64,000 bases of DNA from an uncultured delta proteobacterium (GCA_963775425.1 CAVZJB010000007.1:64001-128000), one strand, 5' to 3'. Numbered from the stretch's first letter, positions 38,246-47,849 are shown. Notes: generated by a model from the letters alone, not told the origin. Numbers and translations: made by a program.

Positions 38246-38991
38246 CGCGCGCCGTGCCTTCCCTCTCCCGCGGCGAAGCGCTCCGCCCCTCGCTTCGCTT
38301 CGTCGAGCACGCGCATCCCGAGCGCGATCTCGTTGTGCATGGCGTCGTCGACGTCGAAGCTCTCGTGCGCGCTCTTGCGATCGCTCTTCATGCACGCCTG
38401 CGGGAACCGCGCGATCTCGCGCGCGAGCTCTTCCGCCGCGGCCCGCGCCTGCCCCCGCGGCACCACGCGGTTGGCGAGCCCGATGGCGAGCGCCTCCTGC
38501 GCGGCGACGGCGCGCCCGGTGAGGATGAGGTCGAGCGCGCGAGAGAGACCGATGAGCCGCGGCAGGCGCACGGTGCCGCCGTCGATGAGCGGCACGCCGA
38601 AGCGCCGGCAAAACACGCCGAGCACGGCGTCTTCCTCGACGACGCGGAGGTCGCACCAACACGCGAGCTCGAGGCCGCCGGCCACCGCGTAGCCGGCGAC
38701 GGCGGCGACGACGGGCTTTTGCAGGCGCATGCGCGTGGGGCCCATGGGTCCGTCGCCGTCGAGGGCGACGCGGTTGCCGGCTCCCGCGGCGAACGCCTTG
38801 AGGTCCGCCCCCGCGCAGAAGGTGCCGCCGTCGCCGAAGAGCACGGCGACCTTGGCGGTCTCGTCGGCGTCGAAGCAGCGGAAGGCGTCGGCGAGCGCCA
38901 GCGCGGTGGGCCCGTCGACGGCGTTCTTCACCTCGGGGCGCGACAGGATCACCGTCCAGATCTCGCCGCTCTTGTCGATGCGCACCGCCAC
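38242..38991 (-). CDS. Enoyl-CoA hydratase/crotonase family protein
   Basis: FCAGADLK, KPVVAAVAGYAVAGGLELA, RRFGVPLIDGGTVRLPRLIG. Confidence 0.93.
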   Translation of the reverse strand: MAVRIDKSGEIWTVILSRPEVKNAVDGPTALALADAFRCFDADETAKVAVLFGDGGTFCAGADLKAFAAGAGNRVALDGDGPMGPTRMRLQKPVVAAVAGYAVAGGLELACWCDLRVVEEDAVLGVFCRRFGVPLIDGGTVRLPRLIGLSRALDLILTGRAVAAQEALAIGLANRVVPRGQARAAAEELAREIARFPQACMKSDRKSAHESFDVDDAMHNEIALGMRVLDEAKRGAERFAAGEGRHGAR

Positions 38992-39086
38992 GGGTCACCT
39001 CCGCGGCGGCGACGTTGCTTGCGGCCGCCGCCCTCGTCAACCGCGCACGCGGCGCGGAGGCGGAGCGCGCCGGCGCGACCGAACGA

Positions 39087-39683
39087 CTACGGCACGGTGA
39101 AGAAGAGGTCGCCGCTCTCGTCGCTCTCGGCGTCGAGGAGCGCGCCCTGCAGCGTCGCGGTGGCGGCGCCGCTGACGTTGATCTCGAAGGGGCCGCCCGC
39201 GCGCCCGTCGTAATTCACGGCCCAGGCCGTGTACGTGCCGGACTCGAGGCTGCCGTTGAAGAAGATGTTCTCCACGTGCGTGCCGGGGCCGCAGGAGAAG
39301 ATGCACTGGTCGACGTCGAGGAGCCCGCCGCCGGCCTCGGGGTTGCCGTAGTAGATCTCCTCGCCCTGCGGCGTCAGCACGTGCAGGTCGTAGTCCGCGT
39401 CGACCTCGAAGGTCAGCGTGACCTGAAGCACACCGATACCGACGCAGGTCCCGGCTTCGCACTCGGCGCCGGCGCCGCAGTCGTCGTCGGTGCTGCAGTC
39501 GTCGCCGGACGTGGTGGGCGGCGGCGGCTCCGGCGCCGCGGGCGGATCCGGCTCGGGGTCGGGCGCCGGATCCGGCGGCGGATCGGGGACGGAGACCAGG
39601 ACGTCGTCCGCGCACCCGGCGACGGCGGCCGCGGCTCCGAGGGCGATGACGAGGAAGGAGACGGCGCGGACCGGGTGGCGCAT
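39087..39683 (-). CDS. Lipoprotein with Pro-rich linker, Cys-rich module and YfaP/DUF2135-like domain
   Basis: VAG-C lipobox; LQVTLTF...DYDLHV..P.GEEIYY...LDVD...ENIF. Confidence 0.75.
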   Translation of the reverse strand: MRHPVRAVSFLVIALGAAAAVAGCADDVLVSVPDPPPDPAPDPEPDPPAAPEPPPPTTSGDDCSTDDDCGAGAECEAGTCVGIGVLQVTLTFEVDADYDLHVLTPQGEEIYYGNPEAGGGLLDVDQCIFSCGPGTHVENIFFNGSLESGTYTAWAVNYDGRAGGPFEINVSGAATATLQGALLDAESDESGDLFFTVP

Positions 39684-39788
39684 GCAGGGATTGTCGGCGC
39701 CGCCGCGGATGTCGGCTCCGGTCGTTCGGCGGACCGAGGCATCGGTCACACGGCGGGGGCGCGACCGTCCGCGCCCCCGCCGCGCGCG

Positions 39789-40292
39789 CTACTCGCCCTC
39801 TCCCTCGCCCTCTCCCTCGCCCTCGCCTTCGCCTTCACCCTCGCCTTCGCCTTCGCCGGCGGAGGGCGCACAGCTCTGGCCCGCGGGCGCGATGCCGTCG
39901 GCGCAGTCGCAATTCTGGTCGATGCCGTCGCCCTCGGGGTCGTCGGCGCCGGGGTGGATGGAGGCGTCGTCGTCGTTGCAGTCGGGGTTGGGCGCGAGGT
40001 TGTTGACGTCGTCGCAGGCCTCGACGCTGCCGTCCGCGGCCTTGCGGGTGGCGGTGAAGAAGCCGTCGCCGTCGCCGTCGACGGTGTCCGTGCACGGCGG
40101 CAACGGGGGCAGCCCGTAGCAGGCCATGAGCGTGACGGCGAAGGCGCTCCCCCCCGCGAGCATCGTCGCGATCCGGGTCACCCTCTTGAGGGCGCCTGCG
40201 GGCGGCGACGACGACGACGGGCAGCTCGGACAGCTCTGGCTCGACGACGGGATGAAGCCGCCGCACCTCGGGCAGCTCGACAACGAAGGCAT
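39789..40292 (-). CDS. Zn-ribbon / CYG-motif lipoprotein with putative metal-binding (MopE-like) repeat and (GE)n tail; candidate radical SAM substrate
   Basis: AAGGAG SD; CPRC...CPSC, hydrophobic stretch, LMA-CYGLPP, DGDGDGF...DCNDDDASIHPGA..DGIDQNCD, (GE)10. Confidence 0.8.
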   Translation of the reverse strand: MPSLSSCPRCGGFIPSSSQSCPSCPSSSSPPAGALKRVTRIATMLAGGSAFAVTLMACYGLPPLPPCTDTVDGDGDGFFTATRKAADGSVEACDDVNNLAPNPDCNDDDASIHPGADDPEGDGIDQNCDCADGIAPAGQSCAPSAGEGEGEGEGEGEGEGEGEGEGE

Positions 40293-40336
40293 ATCTCTTC
40301 TCCTTGGATGAGCGCTCGCGCGCTGCCCCCGCCGAC

Positions 40337-40351
40337 TCAAGGCACGTGCCA
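40337..40351 (-). promoter_or_regulatory. sigma54-like promoter for the CYG lipoprotein gene
   Basis: TGGCACG-tgcc-TTGA versus consensus TGGCACG-N4-TTGC, 45 nt before the ATG. Confidence 0.55.
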
Positions 40352-40521
40352 CCTGCGCCTCACGGTCCACGCGCCGGCGTTCCCCGTCGGCGGCCTCGCG
40401 GAAAGTTGAGACGCGGCCGCCGCGCGCGACGCGGGTGTCGTGCGTGGGCGCACGCGAGGCCCGGCGCGCCTCGACGGGGGGCCGGCGCGCCGCCTGGCAT
40501 GCGCCGTGAAGAAACGACGGC

Positions 40522-41763
40522 ATGGTCAAACGCCGCCTCGAGGTTTTGCCCGACGAGCACTTCCCCGCGTACGTCGTCTGGGAGCTGACGCTGCGCTGTG
40601 ATCAGGGCTGCGCGCACTGCGGCTCCCGCGCCGGCGCGCGACGCCCCGACGAGCTCACCACCGACGAGGCGCTGCGCGTCGTCGACGAGCTGAAGGACAT
40701 GGGTGCGCAGGAGGTCGTGGTCATCGGCGGCGAGGCGTACCTGCACGAGGGCTTCCTCGACATCGTCCGCGCCCTCGCGCGCGCGGGCATCCGCCCGATG
40801 ATGACCACGGGCGGCCGCGGCGTCACGGCGGCGCTCGCGAAGCAGATGAAAGAGGCGGGCCTCATCGGCGTGTCCGTCTCCGTCGACGGCTTGCGCGAAC
40901 AGCACGACGCCATCCGCCGCGCCGCCGGCAGCTTCGATTCCGCCATGACCGCGCTCGATCACCTCGCCGCCGCCGGCATCCGCATCGCCGCCAACACCAA
41001 CGTCAACCGCAAGAACGCTCCCGTCCTCGAGGAGCTCTTCGTCCTGCTGCGCGACAAGGGCGTGCGCGCGTGGCAGGTCCAGATCACCGCGCCGCTCGGG
41101 CGCGCGGCCGACCGCCCGCAGATGCTGCTTCAGCCCTACGACCTCCTCGACGTCGTCCCGCGCGTCGCGGCGCTCAAGCGGCGCGCGTTCGCGAGCGGCA
41201 TGCTGCTCATGCCCGGCAACAACCTCGGCTACTTCGGCGTGCACGAGGCCGCGCTGCGCTCACCGCGGCAGGGCGGGCGCGACCACTGGCGCGGCTGCCA
41301 GGCGGGCAAGCTCGTCATGGGCATCGAGAGCGACGGCGCGGTGAAGGGCTGCCCCTCGCTGCAGCCCGCGTACATCGGCGGCAACGTGAGGCGGCGCGCG
41401 CTCCGCGACATCTGGGACGGCGCACCCGAGCTCGCATTCACGCGGCGCCGCGGCGTCGAGGACCTCTGGGGCTTCTGTCGCAGTTGCGACTTCGCCGACA
41501 CCTGCCTCGGCGGCTGCTCCTTCACCGCCCACGCCGTCTTCGGCCGCGCCGGAAACAACCCCTACTGCCACCACCGCGCCTCGATGTTCGCGAGGGAGGG
41601 GAAGCGCGAGCGCCTCGTGCCCGCGGCCGCGGCGCCGGGGACGCCCTTCGATCACGGCCTGTTCGACGTCGTCGTCGAGGACGCCGGCGCCCCCGAGCCC
41701 GTGGCCCACGCCGACCTCGTGGCCATCACACGGGCGCCGCGCAAGCGCCCCCGCGCCGCATGA
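40522..41763 (+). CDS. Radical SAM/SPASM peptide/protein maturase, splicease (PlpX)-like
   Basis: VWELTLRCDQGCAHCGSRAG (CxxxCxxC), GNNLGYFG, SPASM CQAG...G.VKGCPSL...CRSCDFADTCLGGC...NNPYCHHR. Confidence 0.88.
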   Translation: MVKRRLEVLPDEHFPAYVVWELTLRCDQGCAHCGSRAGARRPDELTTDEALRVVDELKDMGAQEVVVIGGEAYLHEGFLDIVRALARAGIRPMMTTGGRGVTAALAKQMKEAGLIGVSVSVDGLREQHDAIRRAAGSFDSAMTALDHLAAAGIRIAANTNVNRKNAPVLEELFVLLRDKGVRAWQVQITAPLGRAADRPQMLLQPYDLLDVVPRVAALKRRAFASGMLLMPGNNLGYFGVHEAALRSPRQGGRDHWRGCQAGKLVMGIESDGAVKGCPSLQPAYIGGNVRRRALRDIWDGAPELAFTRRRGVEDLWGFCRSCDFADTCLGGCSFTAHAVFGRAGNNPYCHHRASMFAREGKRERLVPAAAAPGTPFDHGLFDVVVEDAGAPEPVAHADLVAITRAPRKRPRAA

Positions 41764-41772
41764 TGGCGACGA

Positions 41773-42507
41773 TCAGACCTTCAGCGAGAACGGCGTGAAG
41801 TTGGTGTCGCGGTCGTAATAGTCCTCGTGCTCCGCCTTCTTGAAGAACGCGACGATGCGATAGGTGAGCGGCGTGGCCACCGCCTCCCAGCCGACCTTGA
41901 CGCAGTAGTTGGCGATCATCACCTTCACGAGGAGCGAGTTGGGCATCCAGCTCTCACCGTAGAAGGCGAGGGGATAGAAGATGCAGGTGTCGACGGCCTC
42001 GCCCGCGATGGTGGAGCCGATGGTGCGCGTCCACAGCCAGCGGCCGCTCGTGAGCACCTTCATCTTGGCGAGCACGAAGGAGTTGGCGAACTCGCCGCAG
42101 AAGTAGCCGATGAGCGACGCGAGCGCGACGCGCCACGTGGAGCCGAAGGCCCACTCGATCATCGCCTGGTCCTTGAACTCCGCCGCCGGCGGCAGGTGCA
42201 CGACGACGAAGCTCTGGAGCGAGGCGAACGCGAGCGCCGCGAAGCCCGCCCACACCACGCGGCGCGAGCGCGCGTAGCCGTAGACCTCGGTGAGGATGTC
42301 GCCGAACAGGTAGCTGATGGGGAAGAACAGGTTGCCGGCGCCGAACGCGACCAGCCCGATCACCGGGAGATCCACCTGCGCGATCTTGCGGACGCCGATG
42401 AGGTTCGAGCACAGCAACACGCAGACGAACGCGCCGAGCACGAGGTCGTAGTACTTGTACTGACGACGCGCGGGCAGCGCGGGTTCCGGCGGCGGCGGGG
42501 TCGGCAT
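41773..42507 (-). CDS. yhhQ: Queuosine precursor transporter (YhhQ/VUT family)
   Basis: FPISYLFGDILTEVYGY, WLWTRTIGST..GE.VDT, terminal DTNFTPFSL. Confidence 0.92.
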   Translation of the reverse strand: MPTPPPPEPALPARRQYKYYDLVLGAFVCVLLCSNLIGVRKIAQVDLPVIGLVAFGAGNLFFPISYLFGDILTEVYGYARSRRVVWAGFAALAFASLQSFVVVHLPPAAEFKDQAMIEWAFGSTWRVALASLIGYFCGEFANSFVLAKMKVLTSGRWLWTRTIGSTIAGEAVDTCIFYPLAFYGESWMPNSLLVKVMIANYCVKVGWEAVATPLTYRIVAFFKKAEHEDYYDRDTNFTPFSLKV

Positions 42508-42604
42508 CACCGCTCGTGTATCACCACGCCGTCAGGAATTCCGCCTCCGCGAGCGGATGGGACCCCGGTTTCATGGCCCCCCCGGCCGGAGCATACTGCG
42601 GCGC

Positions 42605-43132
42605 ATGAGCCTTCCTTCCGTCTTCAACTTCAAGCAGTGGATCGACGAGCACCGGCACCTGTTGAAGCCCCCGGTGGGGAACTACGAGGTGTACCCGAAC
42701 CACGAGTTCATCATCATGGTCGTCGGCGGACCCAACTCGCGCACCGACTACCACGTGGACCCCGCGGAGGAGTTCTTCTACATGGTCGAGGGCGACATGA
42801 CCTTGCGCGTCGTCGACGAGGGCAAGATCAAGGACATCGAGATCAAGCAGGGCGAGATCTTCCTGTTGCCCGCGAACGTGCCGCACTCGCCGCAGCGACG
42901 CGCGAACACGGTGGGGCTCGTCGTCGAGCGCGCACGCAAGTCCCTCGAGATCGACATGTTCCAGTGGTACTGCGAGAAGTGCTCGAGCAAGCTGTACGAA
43001 GAACGGCTTCAGCTCACGGACATCGTCAAGCAGCTCCCGCCCGTCTTCGAGCGCTACGAGTCCAAGCTGGACAACCGCACCTGCCGCGACTGCGGCTGGG
43101 TGATGCCCCCGAGGGCGGAAGCCGCCACCTGA
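42605..43132 (+). CDS. nbaC: 3-hydroxyanthranilate 3,4-dioxygenase
   Basis: LKPPVGN, VGGPNSRTDYH...EEFFY, PHSPQR, rubredoxin-like CEKC/CRDC. Confidence 0.95.
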   Translation: MSLPSVFNFKQWIDEHRHLLKPPVGNYEVYPNHEFIIMVVGGPNSRTDYHVDPAEEFFYMVEGDMTLRVVDEGKIKDIEIKQGEIFLLPANVPHSPQRRANTVGLVVERARKSLEIDMFQWYCEKCSSKLYEERLQLTDIVKQLPPVFERYESKLDNRTCRDCGWVMPPRAEAAT

Positions 43133-43136
43133 GCCG

Positions 43137-44976
43137 ATGACCGAGGCGCCACCTGAGCCGGCCGACGGCTCGCGAGCGTTCACCGCCGCGCTGCTCGTCA
43201 ACGCCGTGATGCTGGCCGCGGTCGTGTGGGCGTGGGGCACGCCCATCGGCAACGACATCCCGCAGCACCTGTTCGCGGCGTTCGCGCGCAACCACTTCGA
43301 CGACCCCGCCCTCGGCTACGCGCGCTTCCTGACGCCGAACACGCCGGTGACGTCGCTGGCGGCGGTGTGGCTGTTGCGCGCCTTCGAGGTCCCCTTCGGG
43401 CCCTGGGGCGCCGCCCGCGCCGTCGCCGTCGTCCTGTGCGAGGGCTTCGCGCTCTCGTTCGCGCTTGTCGTCGTCGCGCTCGCACCGCGCCGCCGCGTCG
43501 TCGGCCTCCTCGGCTTCCCCCTGTCGCTGCAGCACGCGCTCTGGCTCGGCCTGTGGTCGTACGTCGCCGGCACCGCGCTCGCCTTGTGCGCGCTCGCCTG
43601 CGTGCTCGTCGTCACGCGCGCCCCGGCGCCGGCGCCTCGGCGCTCCGCCCTCGGGTGGGCGACCGCGTCCGCCCTCCTGTTCGCTTCCGCCCTCGCGCAC
43701 CCGCTGCCCGCCGCGGCCGCCGGCGTCGTCGCCGCCGCCGTCACGCTCGCACGCGCGACGAGGAGGGACGCGCCCCGCGCGCTGGCGCTCCTCGTCGTCG
43801 TCGGCGCGCCGGCGGCGGCGGTGGCGGCAGCGGCGGCGCTCGGCTTCTCGTCCGGGGGACGCGGCGGCGGCCTCTTCTGGGAGCCTGCGTGGCGCCGCAT
43901 CCTGCTCGTCGAGGACACCTTCCAGTCGGGCCCCGCGTGGCGGCCCGTGTTCGCGCTGCTCCTGGCCGGCGCCGGCGTCGCCTTCGCGCTCGTGCGCGCG
44001 CGAAGCAGACGGGCAGCCGCGGAGACCGCGCTGGCCGCCTGCGCGCTCGGCGGCGTCGTGCTGTCCATGGCGCTGCCGCGAGACGCCTTCGGCTGGCAGT
44101 TCGCGGGCGGCCGCCTCCTGCCCGTCGCCACGGCGTGCGCGCTCGTGCTCGTCGCCGTCGAGCGCGTCGGCGTGCGCGTGCGCCGCGCTCTGCTCGCCAC
44201 CGGCGCGCTCTATGCGCTGTGCTCGTACGCGTTCGCCGCCCGCTTCCACGACGACGTGCGCCGCGCGGAGTCGCCTTTGTTCGCCCAGGTGGACGCGCTT
44301 CACCCGATGCCGCGCACGTACGGCGAGGCCGTGCTCGAATCCGCCCGGCGCGGCCCCTCACGCGTGGCCCGTGCCCGGGTTCGACCCCGACCTCCACGCG
44401 GGGGCGCTCGCGGCCATCCGCACGGGCGGCGCGCCGCTGTACGGCCACGTGACGTCGCGCGCGCTCCACCACCTGCTGCTCACTCCGGAGGAGGCCGCGC
44501 TGCAGGCGCCGGGCGCCGCCTGGCGGGCGGCGGTCTCCGCGCAGACAGGCCAGGCGCGTCACGACGACCTGCGCCGCATGCTCGCGCAGCTCACCGCGGC
44601 GGACGGGCTCGTGCTCCTCGGCACCGACGACGACGTGCGCACCGCCGTCGAGGCAGGCTTCGACCGCGACGTCGCGGGCGGCCCGTTGTTCATCGGCCAC
44701 TTCCGCGGCTGCGCGGGGCGCGTCCGCGTCGAGGGCGCGCGCGGGACGTTCTCCGTCGAGGTGGGGCTGTGGCCGTCGCGGCACCCCAATCAGCGCCTCG
44801 TCCTCACCGCCGGAGACGACGGCGTCGCCGAGGCGCGCGTCGATCGCATCGCCTGCGGCGCCGTCTGGTTGCGCGGCCCCCGCCCGTGCGCGGGTGCGCC
44901 GCCCGGGATCCCCGCACGCGCGGACTTCGAACGCGACGGCGACAACACCGTCACGTGCCGACTCGCGCCGCCGTGA
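43137..44976 (+). pseudogene. Multi-TM GT-C-like membrane protein with a +1 frameshift near 44338 (or a sequencing error)
   Basis: DIPQH motif and about 12 TM helices up to YGEAVL; sensible protein continues in the 43465..44976 frame (PPGAAPHAWPVPGFDP...CRLAPP*). Confidence 0.6.
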
Positions 44977-45067
44977 GCGAGTCCGGCTTCGAGCGCTCGG
45001 TCGCGTCGACGCAACCTCCCTTGCGCCGACCGGCCGACGGGGCATCTCTCGTGCAGGGGATCGCTTC

Positions 45068-47362
45068 ATGCAACTCGTCGTCACCCGGGCCCTGGCCGTC
45101 GGCGCCGCCGTCACCGCCATGGCGGTGAGCGTCGTCGTGCTCACCGGCTACGCCGTCGACGGAGCGGCCCTCACGCAAGGGCAAGCCGGCCTGCCGGCGA
45201 TGGCCCCCGGGAGCGCGGTCGCGGCCGCCTTGGCCGCCGTCGCCGTCGTCGTGGCGGCCACGGCGCGTGGGTCGGCGGCGCGCTGGGCGGTGCGAGCGTT
45301 GGCGTTGTTCGTCGTCGCGTCCGGGCTCGCGGCGATCGTCGAATACATCACTGACGCGGAGCTCGGCGTCGAGCTTTTCCTCTCGGGCGGCCTCGGCAAC
45401 CGCCGCCCGACCCTCCCGTCGGCGCTCGGCCTCACGCTCGTCGGCGCCGCCCTCGGCGTCATCGACGTCAAGCGTCCGGCGGCTCGCGTCCACCCCGCCG
45501 AGGCTTGCGCGCTGCTCGTCCTGCTGTTCACGTCGGTCGCGCTCGGCGCGTACATCTACGCCGGCGCCGCCCGCGAGGAGCTCGTGTTCCAACCGAGCCT
45601 GACGATGTCCTTGCCGAGCGCGGCGGCGCTCGCGCTCCTCGGCGTCGGCGTCCTCGCGGCGCGCCCCGAGCGCGGCTTCGCGGGGCTCGTCACCAGCAGG
45701 CTCATCGGGGGCCACGCCGCGCGCCGGCTCACCCTCGCCGCGCTCGCGGTGCCCGCGACCGCGATGATCGTCGCCGCGGGAGAGCGCGCAGGCCTGTGGA
45801 GCGAGCCGGCCACCGCTTCGCTCATCGCCACGTCGGCCTTCTCCATCACGGTGTTCCTCGTCTTCAACACGGCCTCGGTGTTGAATCGCATCGACCTCGA
45901 TCGCCGCCGCGGGGAGGACGAGCTGCGCCGCTCGCGCGAGGCGCTGCGCGTGAGCGAGGAGCGCACGCGTCGCTTGTTCGAGGACGCCGCCGAGCCCATC
46001 GTCGTCAGCGACAGCGCGGGCGTCATCAGCGAGGTGAACCAGGCCACGGTGGAGATCCTCGAGGTCCCTCGCGAGCAGATCATCGGGAAGCGCGCGACGG
46101 ACTTCGTGCCCTCGGCACAGGCGAGCGCCATCGAGGCGATGGTCGCGCGGCTGCGCAGCGGCGCCACCAACGTCGACGAGTGGGTCCTGCAGCGCAGCGA
46201 CGGCGCCCACGTGCTCGAGGTCCGCAGCGCACGGCTCTCCGACGGGCGGTGGGAGTCCTTCGCCCACGACGTCACGGAGCAGCGGCGCGCGGCGGCGGAG
46301 GTGGCGCGGTCGCGGGCTTGGCTGTCGGCGGTCCTCGATCAGATGCCGGAGGCCGCGGTCATCTACCGGCGCGACGGGGGCGCCGAAGTCGTCGAGGTGA
46401 ACAACGCCGCGCTGTGCTTCGCCTCCGACGCCGCGCAGCGGTCGACGGACACGGCGAAGGCGGAGGCGCTGCGCACGATTTTCGAGGTGCTGCGGCCGTC
46501 GGGCGAGCCGCTCGCGCTCGAGGAGCTCCCGATCATGCGCGCGCTCTCGGGTGATGCGGCGCTCGGTGACGAGCTGTTGATCGTGGCCGCGGACGGCTCG
46601 CGCTACCCGGTGCTCGCGAGCGCTTCCGCCGTGCGCGACGGCGACGGCGAGGTGCTCGGCGCCGTCGCCCTGTATCGCGACATCACGCCGCTCAAGGAGA
46701 TCGAGCGGCTGCGGGAGGAGTGGACGTCGGTGGTGGCGCACGATCTCCGTCAGCCCATCAGCGTCCTGCAATTGTCGACTTCGGCGCTCGAGCACCAGGA
46801 CCTCGACGACGCCGGCCGGCGGTGCCTGGAGCGCCTGCGCGCCTCCACCCGCAGCCTGCGTCGCATGATCGACGACCTCCTCGACGCTTCACGCATCGAG
46901 GCCAAGCGCATGACCCTTCAACCCGCCGAGCACGACGTCGCCGCGATGGTGCGGGAGATCGTCGAGCGGCAAGCGGAGCTCACCCAGGGGCACGCCGTTT
47001 TGGTGAGCACCTCCGACGGCGTGGGCGCCGCGCACGTCGACGCCGGACGCATGGAGCAGGTCCTCGCAAACCTCCTGTCGAACGCGGTGAAGTACGGCGA
47101 CGCCGGCGCGGACATCGAGGTCGTCGTCTCCGGAGACGCCGACAGCGTCACGTTCGCCGTCACCAACCGCGGACCGCCCATTCCCGACGACGAGATGCAG
47201 CACCTCTTCGAGCGCTTCAATCGGCTCCACCCCGCGGAGCACACCGGCGTCGGCATCGGGCTCTACGTCGTGAAGGGCCTCGTCGAGGCACATGGTGGAA
47301 GGGTCTCGGCGGAGAGCGCCGACGGGCGCACCACCTTCCGCTTCACGCTTCCGCGAGCGTGA
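45068..47362 (+). CDS. Membrane PAS-domain sensor histidine kinase
   Basis: About seven TM helices, two PAS domains, H-box VAHDLRQP, N-box NLLSNAVKY, G-box GVGIGL. Confidence 0.93.
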   Translation: MQLVVTRALAVGAAVTAMAVSVVVLTGYAVDGAALTQGQAGLPAMAPGSAVAAALAAVAVVVAATARGSAARWAVRALALFVVASGLAAIVEYITDAELGVELFLSGGLGNRRPTLPSALGLTLVGAALGVIDVKRPAARVHPAEACALLVLLFTSVALGAYIYAGAAREELVFQPSLTMSLPSAAALALLGVGVLAARPERGFAGLVTSRLIGGHAARRLTLAALAVPATAMIVAAGERAGLWSEPATASLIATSAFSITVFLVFNTASVLNRIDLDRRRGEDELRRSREALRVSEERTRRLFEDAAEPIVVSDSAGVISEVNQATVEILEVPREQIIGKRATDFVPSAQASAIEAMVARLRSGATNVDEWVLQRSDGAHVLEVRSARLSDGRWESFAHDVTEQRRAAAEVARSRAWLSAVLDQMPEAAVIYRRDGGAEVVEVNNAALCFASDAAQRSTDTAKAEALRTIFEVLRPSGEPLALEELPIMRALSGDAALGDELLIVAADGSRYPVLASASAVRDGDGEVLGAVALYRDITPLKEIERLREEWTSVVAHDLRQPISVLQLSTSALEHQDLDDAGRRCLERLRASTRSLRRMIDDLLDASRIEAKRMTLQPAEHDVAAMVREIVERQAELTQGHAVLVSTSDGVGAAHVDAGRMEQVLANLLSNAVKYGDAGADIEVVVSGDADSVTFAVTNRGPPIPDDEMQHLFERFNRLHPAEHTGVGIGLYVVKGLVEAHGGRVSAESADGRTTFRFTLPRA

Positions 47363-47849
47363 AGCGCATGTTCTTGAAGTCCTTCACGACGCCGGGGAAG
47401 CGGAGCACCTGGTTGTGCATGGCGACGTAGACGCCGGGCTCGACGAGCTGCACGGCGAGGAGCGCCTCGGTGAGGTTCTGCACGGCGTCGGTGTTCCGCA
47501 GCTCGTAGGGGCGCATGGCGCCGGTGAGCACGATGGGCACGCGCGGGACGCCGAGCCGCTCCACGATGCGCTCGCCCGTGTACTGCAGGCGGTCGGTGCC
47601 GTGCGTGACGACGAGCCCGTCGTGGTTTTCGGCGTACAGGCCCGCCACCTCGGCGATGCGGTCGTGCTCGACGTCCGTCATCTGCTGCGAGTCCATGTTC
47701 ATCACGGGGACGCGCTCGATGACGACGCCGCGCAGGATGAGGGACGCGAGCATGATGTCGAGCACCGTGCTCTGGTTGGTGATGGTGCCGTCGCTCTCGT
47801 TGTAGGTCTTCTCGATGGTGCCGCCCGTCGAGAGAAGCGCGATCTTCAT
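47343..47849 (-). CDS. Short single-domain L-asparaginase
   Basis: STGGTIEK, VTHGTD, LTGAMRP; 168 aa with no C-terminal domain. Confidence 0.88.
   Translation of the reverse strand: MKIALLSTGGTIEKTYNESDGTITNQSTVLDIMLASLILRGVVIERVPVMNMDSQQMTDVEHDRIAEVAGLYAENHDGLVVTHGTDRLQYTGERIVERLGVPRVPIVLTGAMRPYELRNTDAVQNLTEALLAVQLVEPGVYVAMHNQVLRFPGVVKDFKNMRFTLAEA

Noticed and set aside
39335-39360. YYGNP in the YfaP-like lipoprotein as a second splice site
   Set aside because: It sits inside the folded-domain motif EIYY typical of that family, not in an exposed leader/core region; not fully excluded.
42508-42604. preQ1 riboswitch upstream of yhhQ
   Set aside because: No hairpin followed by the A-rich tail of class I preQ1 switches; the region is GC-rich.
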